Made by a program: the position numbers and the translations under genes | The notes under the pieces: model-generated | Seen by the model: only the letters and a program-made list of their open reading frames with translations | Database searches by the model: none | Told to the model about the DNA's origin: nothing | Source: Eledone cirrhosa | Taxonomy: Eukaryota | Assembly (NCBI GenBank): GCA_964016885.1 | Contig: OZ024740.1 | Coordinates: 325,810,001 to 325,874,000, forward strand | Length of the DNA stretch: 64,000 bases | Direction of reading: 5' to 3' | Part shown: in pieces, positions 1-10,443 of the stretch | Layout of the letters: each line of letters starts with the position of its first letter | Numbering within the stretch: position 1 is the stretch's first letter

Positions 1-300
1 TTGCAATCGAAAGGTTGTGAGTTCAATTCTCAGACCGGGTGATGTGTTGTTTCCTTGAGCAAGACACTTTATTTCAAATTGCTCCAGTTTACTCAGCTGT
101 AGAAATGAGATGATAGGGACTGGGGTCCATATCATTCCACTGCAAAGTGGTCGTGTAGGTGCCACGGCGAAAAAAACACCCACCACTCACTGTAAATGAG
201 GTTGGTGTTAGGAAGGGCATCCAGCTGTAGAAATCAAGCCAGAATCAGTTCCCGTCCCACCCTTGTAAGCAAGGAAAAAGCGGACATAAAATGAAATGAA
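1..300 (+). mobile_element. tRNA-derived SINE composite (CORE-like body plus retroposon tail), cut by the window start
   Basis: B-box-like GAGTTCAATTCTC, CORE-like CCTTGAGCAAGACACTT and a short-repeat tail; a near-identical copy lies at 5388-5702. Confidence 0.6.
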
Positions 301-402
301 ATGAATATATATATATATACACACACACAAATACAATAGAAGCATATAAAATACAATTATATACACACATACATATCCATACAGATAAATATAAACATAC
401 AT

Positions 403-484
<82 letters not shown>

Positions 485-487
<3 letters not shown>

Positions 488-2768
488 ACACACAGAAATA
501 AATATCTAAAATTATAAAAGGTGGGTATGTGAAGGGTAAGGTAGAAAGTAGGGGGGAAAATAATGAAAATAAATGACATAGGAAAAGGTTTAAATATAAG
601 GGGAGATAAGGGAGAAAAAGAATATAAGAGTACAGAAAGTGAATTCAGAAGGTAAAAAAACCCTAGTGGATGTAAGGCGTAGAGAGCAGAGAAGAAGTTC
701 AAGGTGGTTGAGTTATCGTAAGAATGTCAATCCAGTTACAGATCCGGTGTGATTTCAGGTGAGGACAACATCTGAAGATCTCTGTCTTTGAGTTCAGGCA
801 AGTTGAAGTGGCTTTCAAGTTTTGTAAAATCCAAAATTTTTCCGTGGTACACAAAGAACAATTCTTTGTGCCCCTTTGGTACTCCTTCGAATGGTCTAAA
901 ATAGACCAATCGATAGAGTACGGGATGTTTTTATCCTTGAATTCCCACACCTTATTAGCGAGAGCCGTTGCTGTTCTTTTATCGGAGTGTTTAAAAGAAG
1001 CGACATGTGCATAAAACCTGGTTTTAAACCTGTCCTGAGTCATGCCAACATATCGTTCACTCCTGGCTGGCTGGTTATTAATTAAAGGTGTCACTTTGGC
1101 CTCATATACAATGGATTTGGTGTTACATTTGCCCTGTAATGGGCATTCATCCGGTTTCCTGCAACTGCATCCTGGATTTATTCTCGTACGATTGGAATTA
1201 GTGAATTTAGACTTCATTGATGGGCAGCAAGAGTAACTGATTTTAACTACATTTCTATTAAATATCTTATAATATCTATGATTAGGAGGAAAATGTTTAT
1301 CTAAGAGGTCAAGGAGTTTCCTTCCTACATTAGTTTTGACAGTTAGAGAGAAGGGGGTGTAAACCAAATAATTTTCCTTTTCCTATTATTTAGGGGGGGG
1401 GGGAGTAGGTAAATAATTAATTTGTTCTGTAAATCCGCTGTTATTAAGGGCTTTATTATAATAAGGGGCGGCTTTATTAAAAATATCTAGAGACGAAGAT
1501 AAGGTAGAAATCCTACGGCTAATGTTGGGGATAAGATTTTTTAAAACTATAGTGGGATGGCAAGACTCTTTGTGTATATATCTAAGATTTTCGTTAGGTT
1601 TATGATAAGGTTTAAAAGAGGCAGTAAGTAGATCAAGATTAATGTCAAGAAAGTTATCATTGGTAAGGTTCGTATCTATAGTAATTTTAAGGTTAAGATT
1701 AGCAAAAGTATTGATTAAATCTTTACGGAATTTATCAAGGTTATGGCCGTTGGTGGTATGAGAAATTGCCAATCCGTCATCACGGTATAAAACGATATTA
1801 TGGGAAGGAAATTTCTCTTTGAGGGTGTGGAGAAGGAATAATCCTACTAAGTCACACACATCCGCACTGTCATATGAACCCATTGCAACATCAAAAGAGT
1901 TTTCAGGGTTTGACTTTTTAACCCAAATACTTTCATTAGTAAAGAGTAAAGTTTTTCTAGCATGAAAGATAATGTCTTCTTCTAATTTAGAAATATTAAT
2001 GAAGGGTCTAGCAAAGTCTAAGAAGGGTAAAAATCAACAATATCAAATTGGGTAAATCTACACTTATTTTTACCTTGTATATTATTAAACCAAGAAATAA
2101 CAGAGGATGTATTTAACCATCGTCTTAGTTCTAATTGGAGAATTATTTTTCTTAAGATTTTTTTACTTGCAAGGCCAACTTCGGATTTAGCCGGGTTAAT
2201 CAGTCTACAACTAGGTCGATTAGTAAAGTCTAATTTATGGTCTTTAAGGGTAATATATGCTTTACATTTAGCTAGGCTTTCAATCCGGTTGTCTATTTTT
2301 AAAGAACTAGCTAGTTCTTTAGCTTCTTTATTAATAGTATTGTAGGTATTATTATTAGTTAATTGATATTTGTTGGTGATACTATTAGTTAAAAGTTGGT
2401 TATACAAAATACTATTAACTTCAAAGAGATTTTTAGTTTTATCGGAAAGAACAAAAGTGTTTGTAGAATTTTTAAAATTAGAAATATCGTTAGACAGTTT
2501 AGTTTGAAAATTATTATTGTACTTACGAAATTTGATATCATTAATTAAATTAACAAGGTCCAATTCGAAGTTGGCCATGTCTTTAATTCTAGGTGGATAT
2601 TTACGGGATTTTATGTCAAAACAATCATTAGTATCAGCACTGAATAGTCCATCATAAACCATTCTTCCATCTCATTCTTTTAACGACTTGTTCAATTTTA
2701 TCTATAAGCATTTTGGTATAAGTTGTGTTGGAAGGAGTAGGTATATTTTTGATTGAATAATCCAATTC

Positions 2769-2770
<2 letters not shown>
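485..2770 (-). mobile_element. Penelope-like retroelement 1 (RT + C-terminal GIY-YIG endonuclease, Naiad-like), frameshifted
   Basis: Consecutive minus-strand frames give YSIKNIPTPS..RMRWK, DKT, CRLINPAKSE, FDIVDFYPS, MGSYDSADVCDLVG, LYRDDGL, CSCR..CPLQGKC, IVY..YVG..FKTRF and CSLC..EK; both ends abut (TA)n; several frameshifts. Confidence 0.9.
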
Positions 2771-2815
<45 letters not shown>

Positions 2816-2930
2816 CGAGTTATGGAAGAATTGTTGAAGAAACTTAGTTCCTGATCCTTCTGTATTCCGGAGTGTATATAAAGAATGAATAATAACAGGT
2901 AGACATCATAAAAAGGTAAGTTATTCCGTG

Positions 2931-3042
2931 TGCTTACAAATGTTTCCACGGTGGTACTACAGTCTAGTTATGCTATGTGCAAATTTACAACTATTTGCAG
3001 AACTCAAATATCCAATGCCGTGACCACTGTATCCTCAGAGCA
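2931..3042 (-). ncRNA. Type I hammerhead ribozyme, copy in the inverted pLTR
   Basis: Reverse complement of 5179-5290 with the CUGAGGA / GAAAC / GUA core intact. Confidence 0.7.
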
Positions 3043-5178
3043 GAATGGTAAAATGTACAATGTAAATACCCTTAAGTGGGGTTGTTGGGGAAGATAGAGT
3101 AGAAAAGGAAGAGAGAAAAGTAGGGGAGAGGGAGAGAGATAGAAAGATATGTAGGGGTTGGAGAAGTAGGAGAGAGTGGTTTGTAGATATCTTAATCAAT
3201 TCCGACCTAACGGAGGACGAAATTAATATTATTCTCGAGGCCAGAAAAACCATTATTAAGTTTGATAACTGCTACTGGGAACGTAAGGACAGACCCACAA
3301 ATTTCAACATTACCATGGGTTCCAACGACTCAGCGGAGGTCACGGATCTCGTGGGAATTTACATAGCCCACATATTACACAGTAAATTTAGTAATCTACA
3401 GGGGGGGGATATACAGAGATGACAGGCTCTTATTAGTTAATAACTTGAATAACCAAAATCTTGAAAGGCTACGGAAAAATATTAGAAAATCTTTTAGTGA
3501 ACTGGGTCTAAAAATAACATACGAATACAATCTTAAAGTAGTAAACTTTCTGGACGTAACTCTTAATTTAAATACCGGACAGATACGACCCTTCTACAAG
3601 ATGAATGAGAACCTTACGTACATTAACTTTAACTCAAACCACCCACTCTCCATGATCAAATCAGTTCCCTGGAGTATTTCTCATAGAATCTCTCGCCTAT
3701 CGTCTAACTCTGATATTTTTAGTGAACACGCTGAATACTACAATAATGCATTAAGGAATGCCGACCACCGGGATACAATAGAATACATTGATAGGAATTT
3801 CCATAACAGACATAGCTCTACACGAAATCAAGGAATACGTAACCGGGGGACTAAAATACAAGCGCACACACACTGTACTACCAGACATACTAATAATAGA
3901 AAATCACCACCAAATAAATCACGTTGTAGAAAGTATATCTGGTACAATCCTATTTTTAATGCCTCGATTAGTACAAAACTATCTCTTTCATTCTTTAAGT
4001 TAATCAACAAACATTTCCCTAGTTCCCATAAATACAGCAAAATTCTGAACTCTAAAACTATTAGACTATCATACTCTACGGCACCAAACCTTGAAGCATA
4101 CATAAAAAAACTTAACTTAAGGCAATTAAACAACTCTACAAAACAAAAAATTTTAGTAACAGATGGGCAGAACGTAATATCTGCCTCCCAACCACTAAAT
4201 GGGAGACGGGTATTACACAATCCACCTGCACTGCTATCACAACCTATCCATGGTATACCCGCTACCCACAACAAAGAATGTAACTGCCATCTACCTGAAA
4301 GATGTCCATTGAAGAATGAATGCCTAAAGTCTAACATTGTTTACCAATGTACGGTTGAATCGAACGACCAGAAATGGTATTATATCGGATCTACCACCAC
4401 CTCCTTTAAATCTTGCTGGTACCGTCATCGATTCTCAATCAAACATCCTAATCACCGTTTTGTGACCACGCTCGCCAACAAGACCTGGCAACTCCGTGAA
4501 CGCAACCAACAGTTCACCTTAAAATGGGATATACTTTCCAGCGCAAGTGCATATCGGAGTGGATTGAAGTACTGCAGGTTATGTAACCTTGAACTCTTTT
4601 ACATATTAAAATCCAAAAACAAACTACTTAACGATAGAATTGAATGATCATTATACTGCAACCACAAACTAAAAGCTAAATTCTCTCATTATAAAATAAC
4701 TTAACATTCGAACCCGTAACTATAACATCGCTTTCTAGCTAACCACCTTCTCTTCCCCCACACTACAAGACAATACACTGCTTATCACTATAAATGGTAA
4801 CTCAGTGCAATTCGCAGATTACTACTACAAACCCAAAGTTCACTCACCACATAGACTTCGTCTGTCCCCTCTCTACCTCTCTCTCTACATCCATTACACT
4901 CTATCTCTCCACATCTATGAACCTGCCCTCTGGGGCAATAAATAATTCCGACCTTAACTATCAACGCATCTCTCCAAAAGTAACCAGTATAATAAAACCA
5001 TTACCATAACATTTTGATTAAGATATCTACAAACCACTCTCTCCTACTTCTCCAACCCCTGCATATCTTTCTCTATCTCTCTCTCTCTCTCTCTCCCCTA
5101 CTTTTCTCTCTTCCTTTTCTACTCTATCTTCCCCAACAACCCCACTTAAGGGTATTTACATTATACATTTTACCATTC

Positions 5179-5290
5179 TGCTCTGAGGATACAGTGGTCA
5201 CAGCATTGGATATTTGAGTTCTGCAAATAGTTGTAAATTTGCACATAGCATAACTAGGCTGTAGTACCACCGTGGAAACATTTGTAAGCA
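5179..5290 (+). ncRNA. Type I hammerhead ribozyme in the PLE 3' pLTR, extended stem II
   Basis: TGCT-CTGAGGA-TACAGTGGT...ACCACCGTG-GAAAC-ATTT-GTA-AGCA: stem I TGCT/AGCA, stem II 8 of 9 paired, predicted cleavage after A5286. Confidence 0.75.
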
Positions 5291-5337
5291 CACGGAATAA
5301 ATTACCTTTTTATGATGTCTACCTGTTATTATTCATT

Positions 5338-5387
<50 letters not shown>

Positions 5388-5390
<3 letters not shown>

Positions 5391-5702
5391 TTCGTGGTTA
5401 GAGCATTGACTTTGCGATCGAAAGGTTGTGAGTTCAATTCTCAGACCGGGTGATGTGTTGTTTCCTTGAGCAAGACACTTTATTTCACATTGCTCCAGTT
5501 TACTCAGCTGTAGAAATGAGATGATAGGGACTGGGGTCCATATCATTCCACTGCAAAGTGGTCGTGGAGGTGCCGTGGCAAAAAAGCACCCAGCACTCAC
5601 TGTAAATGAGGTTGGTGTTAGGAAGGGCATCAAGCCAGAATCAGTTCCCATCCAACCTTTGCAAGCAGGGAACAGTGGACGTAAAATGATGATGATGATG
5701 AA
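5388..5702 (+). mobile_element. tRNA-derived SINE composite
   Basis: A-box-like TGGCTTCGTGGTTAG, B-box-like GAGTTCAATTC, CORE-like segment and (GAT)n tail. Confidence 0.65.
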
Positions 5703-5849
5703 GTGGTAACACAACAATTAGTTCACCGCTAAGGTGAAACAATTGTTCTCGGTATGGTGAACTAACTGTTGTGTTACCCCTTCTACCTAACTCATCCCAT
5801 GGACTGAGTGCTCTACCACTACGGATATTACCTTCCAGTGTTCTACCTG

Positions 5850-5880
<31 letters not shown>

Positions 5881-5907
5881 CATGCACATATTTATTTATT
5901 TTTGTAG

Positions 5908-6149
5908 ATGATCAGAAGTTTTTCTCGGAAGCTGAATTTCCAATCCCATCTAATCCATCAGTAACAACTGACAATATCCGTTACCTGAGGCCACGTAAAG
6001 AACAAGTCAATGATGCGTTCAGTGTCCAAACCACAGCTTATGCTTTGTTGGCCCATATTAAACTGGACAAAAGTAAAGATAACCGTGATAGAATGATGAA
6101 ATGGTTGAATTCCATGAGGAACTCCTTTGGGGGTATGTCTTCTACCCAG
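5908..6149 (+). CDS. TEP/Mcr-like exon (end of the TED domain)
   Basis: tag|ATG..CAG|gtaagg; encodes DDQKFFS..VQTTAYALL..GGMSSTQ. Confidence 0.9.
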
Positions 6150-9100
6150 GTAAGGAACAGTTTTGTGGGTGTGTGTTCTACTAAAGTAAGAAATGGTGTG
6201 GGAGGAGTCGTGTATGTCTTCTGCACAGGTAAGAAATAATGTTGCAGGGGTGGTGTGTATGTATTCTACACAAGTAAGACAGTGTTGTAGGGGCTCCAAA
6301 ACTATGGTTCCACTGTGAGTTGGGTTCAGCATGGCCATCTGGCCTATCCCTCTGCATAACGGTGCCATCCAGTTCCACATTGTAAATGTGGTTGGTGTTA
6401 GGAAGGACATCCAGCTGTAAAATCCCCAGCTAAATTTACAGTCCCACCGGAGCAAGATATGGGAGGGCCAATTCTGACCAGACTTGCCTCTAGATGTAGA
6501 CGACCTGCCTAACCCATGCAAGCATGGAAAATGGATGCTAAATGGTGGTGATGATCATCATCATGATTATATATATATATACTAGCTGAATTACCCACAC
6601 CTTGCTGCGTTTCACACATTATTTTTGTAAGAAAATGATGATTGATTTTAAATCAGTGATATAATTTATGGAGAAAAACTCTGCTTTTCAATATTACTCA
6701 ATGGAAAATGTAATGCATGAAAAATTGGAAAACGTAATTTTGATTTGATATATTACAAAAAATAATATTATTAAATCTTATTCTTATTTTGTTTCTTGTA
6801 AATAATTTTTTTTTAAATATCAATTCAAAACTTGATCATTTCATTTTTGTGTAAAGCATTATTTTCAAATTAGAAATTCAAAGTTTAATTATTTATTTTT
6901 AACATAATAAATACATGAAAATATATTTCATACTTTGTCCTAATGAAGAACTTCGGGGTAAACAACATTTCTTGTCTTTCTTTGATTGGCTAAAATGTAG
7001 AGATTTTTTGAAGTTCCAGTCCTTGAAATAGCCACATAAACATGCCATGACTGAAACATGGGTTTGTCAGATCTATATCAATAGTTTTGAAAGTTTGACC
7101 TTGACTCTTATTGATGCTTATGGCAAAGCATGGCCTCACTGGGAACTGCAGCCTCTTAAATGTAAAAGGCAACTCGCTATCACTTGGTATAAGTGGAATC
7201 CTCGGAATAAGAAGAGCTTGAACTTTGTAAGCCCTGAATATAATGGTTGCTTCAATCAAGTTCTCATGCAATCTTATTACAACACATCTTGTTCCATTTA
7301 TTGGCCAAAATGTTCACTATAGGGGGTTTAACCCAATTAGGGTGTCTTAATATTATTGAAATTTGCTGAAATTTTGTGAATAGGCATCATATCTTGTCAT
7401 TTACCTAAATTTCATATAAATCGAATGGAAAACATTTTCAGCAGGGAACCCTTTGATTAAAATGAAATATACTTATCCATGTACCCTGGGCAATGTAGTT
7501 TCAGAATATATATGGTTATGGGAGGGGGGGGGGGGTCTATCTCCAAAACCATAGGAGGAGTTCGTGAACAAACAAACAAAATAACAGACAGGAACTACAA
7601 CTTTATATATATATATAATATATAGCATTTGCACCAGGATTACCCAAATGAGTTATCCCCTCCTATTAGAGAATTTTTCCTTGCTGACTTATATTATGGC
7701 AGTATCAGTAGAGGGTCGGACGCCATGCTTTAACGCATAGAGTTACGTCCATTTATGGTCTGAGTTCAAATCCCGCCGAGGTTAACTTTGCCTTTCATCC
7801 TTATGGGGTTGATAAAATAAAGTACCAGTAATGCACTGGGATAATTGCTGGCCTTGTGCCAATAGTAGAAACAATTATATTTTGTGTTACTATGATTACT
7901 CTTTATTACAATTATTTTTATATTTATTGATTTCTACTCCCCCCTACTTGACAAAATCCCCACTTTCTGATGTATTTTTGTCCTTGTATTATCCACATTG
8001 CCTACCAATAAATCACTAATGTTATTATTAGGGTTAATGATTGGCAGAAGTGTTTGAACATTGAACAAAAGGATTTGCAACATTTAGTTACAGTTCTTCA
8101 TATTCTGAGGTAAAATTGCACTGAGGTCAACTTTGCCTTTTATCCTTCGACGGGCAATAAAATAAAGTAACAGTCAAGTACTGGGGTTGATATAATCAAC
8201 TTCCCCTCCACACAAATTGTTGGTCTTGTGACTAAATTACAAATCCTTATTATTCCCATTACAGAGAGTGAGTCTTAATCAAAAACCAAGAGTTATTTTG
8301 GATTTTTTCATTAGCTCAGTATCAGAGCACCTTCCTTAATGTTTGCTGTAATATCATATTTTTGTATATATAATATGAACAATTTTGAACTATATTTAAG
8401 GGCAAAAAAGCAGGGGTTGTATTATACATGAGTACATCTTTTCTTTGCCCACTTATTCCTGAGAGTGTCGTGGGGGAAGAGTCGTCAAACACTCCCTCCA
8501 GTGGGTCCTGTCAGAAGCAACTGTCTGCAATTGATCCGGCTAGATCCCCAAGCGTTACCCAACCATCTTGCTTGGGGTCAACTCTTGGGTCAACTGTTGG
8601 TTTCACCTGTAAAATTTGTCCAGCAATTCTTTCTTGAGACATTCTAACCACATGCCCATAGTATTGGAGCAAAATTTATAACATGTTTACTGATGGTATT
8701 TGATATGTCAGCAATATTTGTCATTTCATAAAGTTCTTTTTTTTCTCTTCATTTTTATTTACAAATTTGAAATAAATATAAATATTTTTTTTTCTTTATA
8801 GCTTATAGAAAAATAAAGCTATATTAAACAGAAAAATATATTAGCTTGATTAACACCTTAATTCTTTAGTATTTAAACCAGCTGTAACCGGCCAGAATTC
8901 TCTCATCTCTTTCTGTCCAATCTGGCTGTAACTGGACACTCATCCTGATGTTAAGGTATAGTTTTCAAAATAAATATCAAAATCTGATAGATTTGATATT
9001 ATGTGAGGTAAAGCCTTTAATATGAAAATATAATAGTAAATATAGAATAATGTAATTGCTAAAGAGTTAAAGAAAATAACTGGAAATGCCTCATGTCATG

Positions 9101-10389
9101 TTAAACTTATTCGCTGAAAATTTGAGAACTGGTTTTGAAGCAGGTAGTAGAATGTCATTTCTACATTTGGTTGTTTTACATTCTTTAATATCTTCTCCAA
9201 CCTTGATTTCATTTTCTTTGTGATTCTACCACTTATTTTATATTTCCAGGACACCATCGTTGCTATGGAAGCTCTCTATGAATACACTCAAGTTGATCCC
9301 AACCGAAATGTCTTCAACATGAAACTTGATATTTGGTCTGTAGCAAACAATAACTCCAAAAAGCTGGTGTATATGACTAAAAACAATTATACACACATGA
9401 GTGAGATTAAGGTGGGCTGCTGTTGTTGCTATATTTTAAATTGTGTCTTTTATTTACTTTTCATCATCAACCTTTTATGCCTGTTTTTCCATGCTTACAT
9501 GGGTTGGATGGGTCTTCTACAACACAGCCAACACCCACCTCCTCTATTTGTTGTGTTCCTTAATCATCTCCTTTATGAGGTTCAGAATTTTTAGATCAAT
9601 TCTCATCAGGTCTCCCTTAGACTTATTTTATTGGCAACTCCTGACACTTCTTCACCCAGTACTCAACATCCACACCATCATAATTTCTCTTATACCCAGT
9701 TTTTCTCTCAGCTCATTCATGCTTTGCCATTCATACATATTATCTTCACACATCCATTGAAGCATGCTCACTTCATTTTTCTCCAGCCTTCACATATCCT
9801 CAGCATATATTGCCCATGTCTCACTGCAATACAATGTTCTTCACATGCAGAATTGCATTAGCTTGGGCTGCTTTCTCTAAAAAACTACACTTATTGAAAT
9901 CCAGTTGAATATCAACAAAAATCAATGCTAAAATATACAACAGATACATAGTCCCCACATCTATGTATGGATTAAATTGTCTCACCTGGTCTACAAAATC
10001 AATTTCAGAACCTTGTTGAGATTTATTACTGGTAACACCCTAATTGATCCAATTAAAATATTACATCTAAGAGAAATGACACAAAACAACAATAACCAAT
10101 CTATAATAAAATCTAAAGCAACTCTTCCAAATTGTTTGGTCACATCAAACACTTAACTTGTGGTTTCTCTAAAATCTCTCTGGAGGGTATGATACCTAGA
10201 AAGAGAAATCGAAGCAATCCAGTGGTAGATGGAGTGACCAGATCCTAAAATGTCCGCAATATCAATCATAGGGAGAACTCAAAAAGATGGTGATTTACAA
10301 CCAAATGTGTTTTGGTGTGATGGTTAAACGTACTGATCTGGTATTTATTAGTTACACTGTATGACTGCTGCATGCGTTTCTGTCCACTC

Positions 10390-10443
<54 letters not shown>

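Larger units (their letters stand above)
2813..5340 (+). mobile_element. Penelope-like retroelement 2, 5'-truncated, with inverted pseudo-LTRs
   Basis: Coding region ~3200-4704 has MGSNDSAEVTDLVG, IYRDD, CNC..CPLKNEC, IVY..YIG and CRLC; 2875-3199 is the reverse complement of 5014-5345; (TA)n on both sides. Confidence 0.9.

Noticed and set aside
208-702. ORFs rich in YI, LS, VC or VVV repeats (also 23592, 32524, 43474, 47608, 59609, 62245)
   Set aside because: Translations of microsatellites or minisatellites
4704-5340. SECIS element in the PLE 2 3' region
   Set aside because: No AUGA..AA..GA arrangement with a pairable helix II found by eye
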